Shown in pieces: positions 17,669 through 27,176 of a stretch of 64,000 bases of DNA. Each line of letters begins with the position of its first letter. Position 1 is the stretch's first letter. Source of the DNA: Candidatus Omnitrophota bacterium (lineage in GTDB: Bacteria > Omnitrophota > Gorgyraeia > B26-G9); the NCBI GenBank assembly GCA_043805415.1, contig JAZDHZ010000034.1, forward strand, positions 101,478 to 165,477, read 5' to 3'. A program made the translations under genes and the position numbers. The notes beneath the pieces were generated by a model. It was not told the origin of the DNA. It was given only the letters and a program-made list of their open reading frames with translations, and ran no database searches.

Positions 17669-20600
17669 ATGTATTTTAAAAAGCTCGAACTCTTTGGATT
17701 TAAATCTTTCGTTGATAAAACAACTCTTATTTTTGAACCAGGCGTAACCGCGATTGTTGGCCCCAATGGTACAGGAAAAAGTAATATTTCTGACGCGATT
17801 AAATGGGTATTGGGAGAACAAAGTGCCAAGTCTATGCGTGGGGCAAAGATGGAAGATGTTATTTTTAATGGCACAGAAACCCGCCCTCCGGTAAATATGT
17901 CAGAAGTTTCGCTGACGCTTTCTAATGAAGAAAGAGTTTTGGCGATTGATTATGATGAAGTAACTGTAACCAGAAGGCTTTATCGCTCAGGAGAAAGTGA
18001 GTATCTTCTTAATAAAACCCCGGTTAGGTTAAGAGATATAAATGAACTATTAATGGGCACTGGCATAGGCACGGAATCGTATTCTTTGCTCGAGCAGGGC
18101 CGGATTGACGCGATTATTAGTTCCAAGCCGGAAGAACGCAGAGTGGTGTTTGAAGAAGCCAGCGGCATTACCAGATATAAGAAACAAAAAAATGAGGCAA
18201 TGCGCAAGCTGCAGGCAACAGAAGAAAACCTTTTACGGGTTAATGATATAATTGTAGAGGTTAATCGTCAGTTAAATTCCATAGCGCGTCAGGTAAGTAA
18301 AGCGCGCCGCTTTCAGGAAAATTTTGATGAACTTAAAACATTAGATACGCAGTATACATACCTTCAATATAAACAGCTTAAGGAAAAAAATGATTTACTT
18401 GCCAGTGAAGAGACTGCTTTTCATGCTGAGCAGGCGGGATTAGAAAAAGAGCTTGCTGTTTTTTCTGAAGAGTTTGACGCCTTAAAAGTAACCCTTTCTG
18501 AAGTGGAACATAATTACAGTCACTTGAACAATCAATTTGTCAGGACTACTTCGCAGATTGAGCAGAATGTTCACGCTGTGTCCATTAATAATGAACGCAT
18601 CCAGGAATTCAGCCAAAGAGTGCGGGATTATAACCGCGATCTGGAAAACTCCCAAAAGAAAATCAAAGAACTGCAGGAGCAGATAAACCAACTGCAAATC
18701 CGGATTTCCGCTTTTTCCGACGAGAAAAGCGCGAAAGAACTTAATTTAAATTTACGCCAGACAACAATCGCGGAAATTGAAAACCAAATAAAACTCGCGC
18801 AAAAATCCGGAGAAGAAAACCGGATCGTGGCGGTAAAATTACTCAGTGAACACGCGCAGATTAAAAATGAACTGGCCAAGCTTTCGGCGAATATCAGCAA
18901 TGCTAACGCGCGCTTATTGCGGCTTAATCAGGAAAAAGCGAAAACTAATCAGGAACGCGAGAAGATTGACGCGGAATTAAAAAGCAAAATAGCGGAAGTT
19001 GAAAATTTAAGAGGTAAGGTTAATAAAGAAGAAGGCGACGCTCAGAATCTTAAAAATAATTATGAAGAGCTTAATACTCAGATAAAAGAGCTGGAAGTAA
19101 ATATCCAAGACAGCAAGCAAGCTTTAGTCGGCTGTAAATCCCAGCTGGAAATGCTGGAAAGATTGAGCAAGGAATACGAATGGTTTTCCAGCTCAGTGAA
19201 ATCATTTATGCTCCAAAAAGAAAACTATCCCGAAGCTTTTGCCGGAGTCCATGATGTACTGGTAAATCTTATGGAGGTAAAGCCGGGATATGAAGTTTGC
19301 GTGGAAACCGCGCTAGCCGAATACTTGCAGGCCGTTGTTGTTGATAGCCGACAAGTGGCTTTAAGGCTGAGAGAATTTCTTAATCAGCATAATATCGGCA
19401 GAATTCGGTTTATTACTCTGGATTCAATTCCGCAAATAGCTAATCAGCAGTCTCAGATTGAAAATACAAAGAATTTTTTAGAAGTAATTACCTGCGATGA
19501 TAAATACGCGAAAGTTTTAGCGTTTCTGGTTAAGAACACTTTTATTTTACAAGAAAATATTTTTGACAATCCGTCAAATCCTTTGACTAATATCAAAGAT
19601 ACGCTGAGTGCTGAGCCAGATGCTTCTGGCTTGCTTGAAGCTGAGCTTTTGTTTTCTTTTAAAACAAACGCGGCCAATAGCGTTAAAATAGTCGGCGATT
19701 TTAATCGATGGAATGCTTCTTTTGACAGTGATCTGGAACGCAAAGACACGGAGCTTTGGCAAAAGGTTCTAAAGCTCGCGCCAGGACGCTATACTTATAA
19801 GCTGGTGGTTGATGGCCAATGGATCATTGACCCGAACAATCCGCTTAAAGAAATAGATGTAAACGGACATGAAAACTCAGTTATCGAAGTGCTGGCAAAA
19901 TCCCAGGATGCTTTGGTTGCTGAGGCTGATAAGCCGGCGGCATTTGATTTTAATTTTCTGGAAACGCTGGTGAGTATGAGCGGCGAGCTGCATTCAACCG
20001 CGGGATTAATCAGCCGGCCGGTTGCTGACCAGACAACAGGCCTGTTTTATCAAAAAGCAAAAATAAGGCAGCTTAAGCAGGAAAGTGTCGGCCTGGAACA
20101 AGCCGTAGTTAAATATAAACAAGAAATCGACACTAAAATCCAGCAGCTTAAGTTTGTGGAAACAGAATTTACTCAATTAAATGATGCTTTGCACGAAGAA
20201 AAGATTAGTCTGGCGAATCGGGACTCGGAAAAATCCAGTATTGAAATAAACCGGAAAAAACTTGTGGATGAGCTTTTAGTCATTGATCTGGAAATTGATG
20301 AAACAACTCTTGATGTTCAGGAGTTTGAAGAAAAAGAAGCGGCTAAGAGAGCTAGGCTGAGCATTGTGGATCAGGAAATAGTCGGCAATGAACAGACAAT
20401 GGCAAGTAATCATCAATTGATCGGGATAAAAAACAAGGAGCGGGAAGAGCTTTTAGTTATTATCGCGGAAATGAAAACAGAATTTTCTTTGCTCAATGAA
20501 CAGGAAGAATCTTTAAATCAGAGTTTTTCAATGCTGTATAATACGCTCAAAGAATTAACCCTGAACTCGGAAGAATTTGTCCGGTATAAGGATGAGAGTA

Positions 20601-21625
20601 TAAAGCGGATCGAGGCGCTGACGATTCAGGTAAGTGAACTGAATAAATCCACGCTTGTCCTTGAGCAGGAAAAAGAAGAAATCGGCATGTCTTTAGAAGA
20701 ATTTAAAGAAAAACGCGGTCAATTATTAAGTAAATTTGAAGATATCCAGAATAAAATAAAAGAAAAAGAAAACCGATTAAATTATACCAAGAATCGGATT
20801 CGCGATATTGATGTTAAAAAAGTCGAGATGAATTTTAAAACCGAGTCATTGGTAAATTCAGCGAGGCAGGCTTATAAAATCGAACTGGAAACCCTGGAAC
20901 TTGAATTGCCGGAAGATATAGACTGGCAGGCGCGGAAAGAACAGATCGATGGTTTAAAAAATAAGATTGACCGGATTGGGGCAGTTAATCTGGCGGCAGT
21001 AGAAGAAGAGGAAGAATTAAGACAGCGCGCTGACTTTCTTAATAGTCAAAGCGAGGATTTGTTCGCGGCTAAGCAGACATTAATGCAGGCAATCCAAAAA
21101 ATCAACCGCACAACTAAAGCGCTTTTTCTCGAGACTTTTGAGAAATCAAAAATCGCTTTTAAAGAGTATTTCAAGCTTTTATTCAGCGGCGGCGACGCGC
21201 AGCTTCTGCTTACCGAGGGAAAAGATGTTTTAGAATGCGGGGTGGAAATCGTGGTGCGGCCTCCAGGCAAAAGACTGCAAAGCATAACCCTGCTTTCCGG
21301 AGGCGAGAAAACGCTTACGGCAATTGCCTTATTGTTCGCGATTTTTAAGATTAAGCCAACACCGTTTTGCGTATTAGATGAAATGGATGCCCCCTTAGAC
21401 GAATCGAATATTGATCGGTTCACCCGGGTTTTACAGGAATTTTTGAAAAGCTCACAATTCATAATTATTACCCATAATAAAAAGACTATTTCCATGGCGG
21501 ATGTTATGTATGGGGTAACAATGGAGCAGCCGGGTATTTCTCGGCTGGTGAGTGTGAAATTCAGCGAATTTAAAGACTCGGATAAATTAAAACAAGAGCT
21601 TATTCCTGAAGAAGCTATAATCTAG
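17669..21625 (+). CDS. smc: Chromosome partition protein SMC carrying an inserted AMPK-beta/CBM48-type carbohydrate-binding module after the hinge
   Basis: N-terminal head MYFKKLELFGFKSFVDKTTLIFEPGVTAIVGPNGTGKSNISDAIKWVLGEQS (Walker A). Long coiled coils. Hinge near VHDVLVNLMEVKPGYEVCVETALAEYLQAVVVDS. C-terminal signature LLSGGEKTLTAIALLFAIFKIKPTPFCVLDEMDAPLD (ABC signature plus Walker B). At 1318 aa it is about 120 aa longer than typical, owing to the insert at roughly 19650-19890. Confidence 0.9.
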   Translation: MYFKKLELFGFKSFVDKTTLIFEPGVTAIVGPNGTGKSNISDAIKWVLGEQSAKSMRGAKMEDVIFNGTETRPPVNMSEVSLTLSNEERVLAIDYDEVTVTRRLYRSGESEYLLNKTPVRLRDINELLMGTGIGTESYSLLEQGRIDAIISSKPEERRVVFEEASGITRYKKQKNEAMRKLQATEENLLRVNDIIVEVNRQLNSIARQVSKARRFQENFDELKTLDTQYTYLQYKQLKEKNDLLASEETAFHAEQAGLEKELAVFSEEFDALKVTLSEVEHNYSHLNNQFVRTTSQIEQNVHAVSINNERIQEFSQRVRDYNRDLENSQKKIKELQEQINQLQIRISAFSDEKSAKELNLNLRQTTIAEIENQIKLAQKSGEENRIVAVKLLSEHAQIKNELAKLSANISNANARLLRLNQEKAKTNQEREKIDAELKSKIAEVENLRGKVNKEEGDAQNLKNNYEELNTQIKELEVNIQDSKQALVGCKSQLEMLERLSKEYEWFSSSVKSFMLQKENYPEAFAGVHDVLVNLMEVKPGYEVCVETALAEYLQAVVVDSRQVALRLREFLNQHNIGRIRFITLDSIPQIANQQSQIENTKNFLEVITCDDKYAKVLAFLVKNTFILQENIFDNPSNPLTNIKDTLSAEPDASGLLEAELLFSFKTNAANSVKIVGDFNRWNASFDSDLERKDTELWQKVLKLAPGRYTYKLVVDGQWIIDPNNPLKEIDVNGHENSVIEVLAKSQDALVAEADKPAAFDFNFLETLVSMSGELHSTAGLISRPVADQTTGLFYQKAKIRQLKQESVGLEQAVVKYKQEIDTKIQQLKFVETEFTQLNDALHEEKISLANRDSEKSSIEINRKKLVDELLVIDLEIDETTLDVQEFEEKEAAKRARLSIVDQEIVGNEQTMASNHQLIGIKNKEREELLVIIAEMKTEFSLLNEQEESLNQSFSMLYNTLKELTLNSEEFVRYKDESIKRIEALTIQVSELNKSTLVLEQEKEEIGMSLEEFKEKRGQLLSKFEDIQNKIKEKENRLNYTKNRIRDIDVKKVEMNFKTESLVNSARQAYKIELETLELELPEDIDWQARKEQIDGLKNKIDRIGAVNLAAVEEEEELRQRADFLNSQSEDLFAAKQTLMQAIQKINRTTKALFLETFEKSKIAFKEYFKLLFSGGDAQLLLTEGKDVLECGVEIVVRPPGKRLQSITLLSGGEKTLTAIALLFAIFKIKPTPFCVLDEMDAPLDESNIDRFTRVLQEFLKSSQFIIITHNKKTISMADVMYGVTMEQPGISRLVSVKFSEFKDSDKLKQELIPEEAII

Positions 21626-21657
21626 CCGATTATTTGATTATCCCCGCGAACCGCGAA

Positions 21658-22851
21658 TCAGATAAATTCTGTGCTGAACATGCACACCCGATTTCTTCCG
21701 GTTTCTTTAGCTACATACAGAGCCTTATCAGCAAAAGCAATTAAATCATCTTTGTTCGAGGCATCCTGGGGAAAACTGGCGACTCCGATACTGATCGTGA
21801 TTCTTTTGGAAGGTTGTCCCTCTTTATAATGGCAAGGGTGAGCGGCAGTTAATTTTCTTATTCGCTCAGCAGAGGAATAAGCTTTTTCTTTAAATGTTTC
21901 CGGCAGAATAATCGCGAATTCCTCTCCGCCATAGCGGGCGACCAGATCAACTTCCCGGCAGGTGGACTGGAGAATTTCCGAGATTTCCTGCAATAATTTA
22001 TCTCCGGCCAAATGCCCCAGGCTATCATTAAATTTCTTAAAATGATCGATATCGATCATTAATAAGCTGACATGGCGGTTAAACCGGTTTGCTCTTTTAA
22101 CTTCTTCCGCTAATTGGTGCTGAAAATATCCATAGTTCCAAAGACTTGTCAGGCGGTCGGTGTTGGATAAGATAAGGGTTTTTTCAAATTCCTGAGAGTT
22201 GCCGATTGCCAGTCCGGCATTATTGGCAAACATAGTCAGTTTCCAGATATCATCTTTGGTAAGATCTCTTTTGGAATAGAAATTATCAACCAGCATTACT
22301 CCGAGAACCCGGTTTTTTGCCATTAAAGGAATCGTCAGACCGTATTCCATATTAAATAAGGAGATGATCGGGTCGTTTTTTTAAATTTGTTTTTTATACG
22401 TAGGGGTTATTATCTCAAACTGTTTTTTCTGAAGCACTGTTTGGGCTAAAATTCCCGAACTTGGATTAATCGGCAGCTTGATATTTTTAACATTATTATT
22501 AAAATGCGAATCCTGTTTGCGGCCGAATTCTTTATAATCTTTTAACAGCTCCTCAAGAGTTTTATGCGTGTTTTCAATAAACTCCCAAATATTTTTCGCG
22601 TCAGCTTCTGAATCAGGGCCAATACCCATCCGGCCTTCCAGGATATTTTCTTTCTCATTAACCAGAAAAACCATAGCCCGGTTAAACCCCAGGCCTTCGC
22701 CGGAAGTAACACTGGTAAGAATAATGTATAAAATTTCATCCAGCCTGAGAGTCGAGCTCATGGCCATGCTGATTTCATAAAGCATCAGCAGTTCGGCGTG
22801 ATATTTATCTTGTAGGTTTTTCGGTGTTTCTTCGATTGACATAGCCTTCAT
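21658..22851 (-). pseudogene. GAF-GGDEF diguanylate cyclase gene interrupted by one in-frame TAA (plus-strand TTA at 22381-22383) inside the GAF domain
   Basis: The two minus-strand ORFs (22381-22851 and 21658-22350) are in the same frame (723 nt apart, divisible by 3). Read through the TAA, the protein is ...PTYKKQI*KNDPIISLFNMEYGLTIPLMAKNRVLGVML..., one continuous GAF domain followed by an intact GGDEF domain (RYGGEEFAIILPET; DIDHFKKFNDSLGHLAGDKLL). Confidence 0.65.
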
Positions 22852-23060
22852 TGTATAATTAGTGTCTTTAGTTTGTCAATCTCTTAGTTAGAAAATCGAT
22901 TAACTGAAATTAAGCTTTAAACTATTAAAAAAGAATAATTTAAATTTTCGCTTAAACTGTGTAAAATGTAAGCAGGTCAAGGCAGTTTATGCCCGGGCTG
23001 ATAAAGGAATCAATCTTAAGATCATAAGCTGGTTTAACTTTGTTTTGATTGGGGGAATGA

Positions 23061-24440
23061 GTGGTTAAGAAAAAAATAAATTCAGCAGGCATAATATGCG
23101 TGGTTTTTGTATTTCTCGCTTTACTTTTTGCTGCTTCTGGTTTTTGTGAGACTGAAGCGGAGTTTAAAGCTTTGATAAAAGAGTATGAGCAGAAATACGC
23201 TTATGATCCTTATGATGAAAATATTAAAAAACAATTAAGCGTTTTATATCATAATTACGCGATGGAGCTGGCTAATGAGGGTTTATGGGATGAAGCGATA
23301 GAACATGAAAAAAGAGCATTGGATATTGAGCCGGAGATCGCGAGCATAAAGAATGCTCTGGCGTATATGTACAATTGCCGGGGTTTGGAGCGGAAAGACG
23401 AAGGCTTGTATGATAAAGCGATTAGCGATTTAAAATCAGCGATAGAGTATAGCCCAGAAGAGCTGGTGCTTAAAAAAAATATCGCGGCAATTTATTTGGG
23501 CTGGGCTTATCAGTTTTTTGAAAACAATGAATATTCCAATGCTGAACGGATGCTGCTTCAGGTGCAGCATTATGATGATCAGAATCCATATCTCTATGTT
23601 GTCAGGGGAGACATTGCTTATACCCGGGATAGCTATTTTGCTACGCGTGATAATTGGCAGAAAGCTTTAAAGTTAAATCCCAGCCTTTATCAGGTTAGGA
23701 TGAAGCTGGAAAAACTGGAAAAGGAACAGGATGTGGAGAGAAATTTTAGTGTTCGGGAATTTGAGAACTTTAAATTAAAATTTGAAGGCATTGCCAGTGA
23801 GGGCTTAGCGGATAAAGCGGCGGAAATATTAAGAAATGCTTATAAGCAAGTGGGTAAAGACTTTGATCTTTATCCTCGGGCAACTGTTCCGGTTATTATT
23901 TATCCTTTTGTTAAGCTGAAAAAACTCGATTATTTTCCAGATTGGGCAGCTGGTACCTATGACGGGAAAATCAGGTTTGGCGAAGATTTAGGCAAAGACC
24001 CATTGCTGATGCAGGGAGTTTTATATCATGAATATACGCATGTTATTGTCAGGATGCTGGGCGGGGATAATGTTCCGCTCTGGTTAAATGAAGGCTTAGC
24101 GGAATATGAGGCAAAACAATTTAAAACCGCGCTTGTCAATAAATCAAGAAAAGAATTAATATCCAAGGCCATTGAAAAAGGAACAATCTTCCCTTTAGAT
24201 AAATTAGGAACAATGGATTTAAGTAAATTATCCTATCTTGCTCCGCACAGGATCGAGCTGGTTTATGCCCAGTCCGAGGCTTTTGTCCAGTATATTATTA
24301 ATCGCTCATCGCTTTATGACATAAAAAAGCTTTTGCAGGAGCTGGGCAAAGGCACGAATATTTATAAAGCGGTTAAAGATGTGCTGTATGTTGAAGTAGA
24401 GGTTTTGGAAAGAGACTGGAAAAATGAATATCAAAAATAA
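23061..24440 (+). CDS. Secreted TPR-repeat protein with an HExxH putative zinc-metallopeptidase motif
   Basis: Signal peptide. TPR-like repeats (YHNYAMELANEGLWDEAIEHEKRALDIEP...). LYHEYTHVIV contains HEYTH (HExxH). GTG start with GGGGGA upstream. Confidence 0.45.
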   Translation: MVKKKINSAGIICVVFVFLALLFAASGFCETEAEFKALIKEYEQKYAYDPYDENIKKQLSVLYHNYAMELANEGLWDEAIEHEKRALDIEPEIASIKNALAYMYNCRGLERKDEGLYDKAISDLKSAIEYSPEELVLKKNIAAIYLGWAYQFFENNEYSNAERMLLQVQHYDDQNPYLYVVRGDIAYTRDSYFATRDNWQKALKLNPSLYQVRMKLEKLEKEQDVERNFSVREFENFKLKFEGIASEGLADKAAEILRNAYKQVGKDFDLYPRATVPVIIYPFVKLKKLDYFPDWAAGTYDGKIRFGEDLGKDPLLMQGVLYHEYTHVIVRMLGGDNVPLWLNEGLAEYEAKQFKTALVNKSRKELISKAIEKGTIFPLDKLGTMDLSKLSYLAPHRIELVYAQSEAFVQYIINRSSLYDIKKLLQELGKGTNIYKAVKDVLYVEVEVLERDWKNEYQK

Positions 24441-24466
24441 AATGAAATAAGTTTAAAGGATTTTTT

Positions 24467-25600
24467 ATGCAGCCTATTGGTATCTATGTCCACATTCCCT
24501 TTTGTGTTAAAAAATGCGGTTATTGCGGCTTTAATTCTCTGGTTGCCAACAGCGCCGGGCAAATAAAAGCATATCTTAAGGCTTTATTCCTGGATATTCA
24601 ATTATCCGCTAAAAACCGGCAAGCCTTTGCGGTGGAAAGTATTTATATCGGAGGCGGGACGCCTTCTATATTAGAGGCAAAAGACATTGCTCATATCATA
24701 GCTGAAATTAAACAGTGTTTTCCGGTAGCAAGAGAATCAGAGATTACAATTGAGGTAAATCCGGCCAGTGTATCCAGGCAAAAGCTTCTCGAGTATAAAA
24801 AATCCGGGATTAATCGGATCAGCATGGGAGTCCAATCGTTTAAACCTAAGAATTTAAAATTTCTCGGCAGAGCGCACAGCGCTTTGGATGTGTTCAAGGC
24901 GCTTAAAATGCTTAAAAACCTGGAATTTAATAATATCAGTATTGACCTGATTTATGGCTTACCGGATCAGTCTTTAAAAGACTGGGAGGATGATTTAAAT
25001 CAATTCATTGATTGCGAGCTGAGTCATTTATCGCTGTATGATTTAACCATTGAAAAGGGAACGCCTTTTTATGAAATTAAAAATACGCTGTTGATCGCGG
25101 ATAATGATTTGCAGGCTTTAATGTATAAGAAAGCAGATGGTTTATTAAAAAAAAACCAGTTTAACCATTATGAGATTTCCAGTTTCGCTAAAAAAGGCAG
25201 GCAGTCAAAACACAATCTGATATATTGGAATAACTTAGATTATATTGGCTTGGGAGCAGGCGCTTATTCATATATTAATCGCCAGAGGTTTAGCAAAGCA
25301 AATGATCTTTATCTTTATGAACAGCAGGCAAAAAAAAACAAGTTTGAGCATTATGATTCAGAAAAGCTTAGTTTGGTAAAGCTGATGCAAGAAACATTAA
25401 TCCTCAGGCTAAGGCTGTTAAAAGGCTTTAGGCTTAAGGATATAGAGAATAAGCTGAATCATAAGATCAGGCAGGATAGTATGAACATTTTAAATGAATT
25501 TGTTAGGCAGGGCTTTATTTTGCTTCATAATAATCACTATAAACTGAGCAAAAAAGGTTTATTGCAATATGATACTATTGCCAGTGAACTATTATCATAG
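24467..25600 (+). CDS. hemW: Radical SAM heme chaperone HemW (HemN-like, oxygen-independent coproporphyrinogen oxidase family)
   Basis: IGIYVHIPFCVKKCGYCGFNS carries the CxxxCxxC radical-SAM cluster motif at the canonical HemW position; HemN C-terminal domain follows. Confidence 0.8.
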   Translation: MQPIGIYVHIPFCVKKCGYCGFNSLVANSAGQIKAYLKALFLDIQLSAKNRQAFAVESIYIGGGTPSILEAKDIAHIIAEIKQCFPVARESEITIEVNPASVSRQKLLEYKKSGINRISMGVQSFKPKNLKFLGRAHSALDVFKALKMLKNLEFNNISIDLIYGLPDQSLKDWEDDLNQFIDCELSHLSLYDLTIEKGTPFYEIKNTLLIADNDLQALMYKKADGLLKKNQFNHYEISSFAKKGRQSKHNLIYWNNLDYIGLGAGAYSYINRQRFSKANDLYLYEQQAKKNKFEHYDSEKLSLVKLMQETLILRLRLLKGFRLKDIENKLNHKIRQDSMNILNEFVRQGFILLHNNHYKLSKKGLLQYDTIASELLS

Positions 25601-25806
25601 AGCAAATAAATTCCAAATGACAAATGTCAAATGACAAAAATTGAAAGCAGAGAACAGAAACCGAGGGATGATCCTCCTTTGCCAAGGCTATGGAGGACAG
25701 ATGGACGATTGATGTGTTAGGATGAAGGACGAAAGAGCAGAAACAGAGAGTAGAAATTTGTTATTGTCCTTGTGTCTTGTGACTTTGTGTCTTGAGTCTA
25801 AATTGC

Positions 25807-25835
25807 TTGATATTTTTTTTGGTTCATGGTATAAA
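25807..25835 (+). promoter_or_regulatory. Promoter for tRNA-Leu
   Basis: TTGATA at 25807-25812, 17-nt spacer, TGgTATAAA at 25827-25835. The tRNA starts about 19 nt downstream. Confidence 0.5.
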
Positions 25836-25853
25836 TAGAACACTCAATATTTT

Positions 25854-25939
25854 GCGGGGATGGTGGAATGGCAGACACGCTAGCTTGAGGGGCTAGTGGG
25901 AGCAATCTCGTGAGGGTTCAAATCCCTCTCTCCGCACCA
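25854..25939 (+). tRNA. tRNA-Leu (anticodon GAG), type II with long variable arm, CCA encoded
   Basis: Acceptor GCGGGGA/TCTCCGC. Anticodon stem CTAGC/GCTAG with loop TTGAGGG (anticodon GAG). Long variable arm. T-arm GGTTCAAATCC. 3' ACCA. Confidence 0.85.
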
Positions 25940-25940
25940 A

Positions 25941-25966
25941 AAAACTCCTGAAATGGAGTTTTTTTG
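25941..25966 (+). terminator. Intrinsic terminator after tRNA-Leu
   Basis: AACTCC-TGAAAT-GGAGTT hairpin followed by TTTTTTT. Confidence 0.6.
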
Positions 25967-26013
25967 CTATTTATGATGATTTTTTCCTCGAAGCAAGTTT
26001 TTTTAAAAAATTC

Positions 26014-26042
26014 TTTGCCAGCCTTGTAATTTAAAAAAACCT
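26014..26042 (+). promoter_or_regulatory. Sigma70-type promoter driving structured leader A and the 26245 gene
   Basis: TTGTAA at 26014-26019, 17-nt spacer, TGgTATACT at 26034-26042. Confidence 0.5.
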
Positions 26043-26109
26043 ATGGTATACTTGCACTCCGTTGTAGCTGAATCTCAATATGTAACTATTAGTTAAAATG
26101 AAATATTAA

Positions 26110-26193
26110 GGGAATGCGAAGTTGAAACGTTCTTATTTATTAAGGCGTTTACGAAGACCCCTACTTCCCCCGTTCTTCGCATTCCTTTTTTTT
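26110..26193 (+). ncRNA. Structured leader RNA element, copy A (outer stem GGGAAUGCGAAG/CUUCGCAUUCC, conserved CCCCUACUUCCCC core, U8 tail); candidate cis-regulatory attenuator or riboswitch-like element
   Basis: Outer inverted repeat plus U-tract. Paralogous to 27177-27258 with compensatory changes in the stem. Lies between a promoter and the start codon of a secreted-protein gene. Confidence 0.4.
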
Positions 26194-26244
26194 ATTTGTT
26201 TGAGATCTAACACATTTAAACCAAAGTATTTATCCAGATAAGCT

Positions 26245-27012
26245 ATGAAAAATCCGCTGCATAACAAAATAATCTGTATGGTTTGCTTATTTATTGCAAT
26301 CAGCAATACTGCTTTACCGGTTTTTGCTTTGAATAATCCGGAATCAAGCCGAAAATATTGCCTTTCCCCGTTTTTACGTATAATCAATTCTGATTTTCAA
26401 TCCAGATTTGAGAGTCTAAACTCTGACTTATTAGACAATAATTTAAACATGCCAGGGGATCTGAAAAGCCGCGCGCTGGTAGTTGGCAGGACAAGCATAA
26501 TTTTTAATAACAAAGAAATGAGCTTTTTTGAATTAACAAAAAGCCTAAACCTTTTACTTGCCAATGATCGATTTACTTACTTTGCCAGAATTGAAAAAGA
26601 TATGGTTAAATATGCGGCATTAAGCACTGTAGAGCAGCTTTTACTTGCTTTAAAGCAGTCAGAATTATCAGAATATGCTGAGCAAATTGATATTATTCTG
26701 GCAATTTTGCATCTTTCCGCTGAAGACGCGGCAATTATCCTTAGCGGCATTGAACCTTTGCAGCAAAAATCAATTACTAATCTTACTGATAAGGCCTGGA
26801 CGAATAAATTCAGAATGAAACGATTCAGCTTAACCATGGGCTATGAGCTTGATATTGCTAAAGCTTGGTATGTTAAAACATTGGAAACAGAGGCTGAGGA
26901 AAGACAGTGGTGGCATGCTATGTGCCGCAATTCAATGCCTATGAATATGTTTAAGGGTTTGAATGCTGATTTGCAGAAAAAAAATCATGGCTTAATTGAT
27001 GCTTCAATTTAA
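26245..27012 (+). CDS. Hypothetical secreted protein (LSP-motif family)
   Basis: Signal peptide MKNPLHNKIICMVCLFIAISNTALPVFA then CLSPFLRI motif. No other recognisable motifs. Confidence 0.45.
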   Translation: MKNPLHNKIICMVCLFIAISNTALPVFALNNPESSRKYCLSPFLRIINSDFQSRFESLNSDLLDNNLNMPGDLKSRALVVGRTSIIFNNKEMSFFELTKSLNLLLANDRFTYFARIEKDMVKYAALSTVEQLLLALKQSELSEYAEQIDIILAILHLSAEDAAIILSGIEPLQQKSITNLTDKAWTNKFRMKRFSLTMGYELDIAKAWYVKTLETEAEERQWWHAMCRNSMPMNMFKGLNADLQKKNHGLIDASI

Positions 27013-27045
27013 TTCTATTCATGGCTTAAAAAAATCCTCTGAACA

Positions 27046-27074
27046 TTGAAATTCCTGGAATAATATGGTATAAT
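27046..27074 (+). promoter_or_regulatory. Near-consensus sigma70 promoter driving leader micro-ORF, structured leader B and the 27275 gene
   Basis: TTGAAA at 27046-27051, 17-nt spacer, TGgTATAAT at 27066-27074. Confidence 0.55.
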
Positions 27075-27176
27075 TCTAATGAAGTAAGGAAGTTATGGAA
27101 AAACGGGGGTTTTGGGGCTTTTTTATCGTCTAAAATTAAACAATTTTAAAAAGTAATTTAAAACTATATGTAAAAT

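Noticed and set aside
22381-22383. Alternative genetic code as explanation for the in-frame stop in the GAF-GGDEF gene
   Set aside because: TAA, TGA and TAG all terminate well-conserved genes here (rsgA ends in TGA, for example) and Trp is always TGG, so code 11 applies. The stop is real at the DNA level.
25612-25640. Short direct repeats (AAATGACAAAT x2; similar at 57987-58014) considered as a possible CRISPR array
   Set aside because: Only 2 units of 11-14 nt, with no spacers of regular length and no cas genes. Too short for CRISPR; treated as a microsatellite or TF-site-like repeat instead.
25854-26100. Integrated mobile element at tRNA-Leu
   Set aside because: No integrase, transposase or direct repeat of the tRNA 3' end was found downstream. 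The neighbouring genes are hypothetical secreted proteins with their own promoters.
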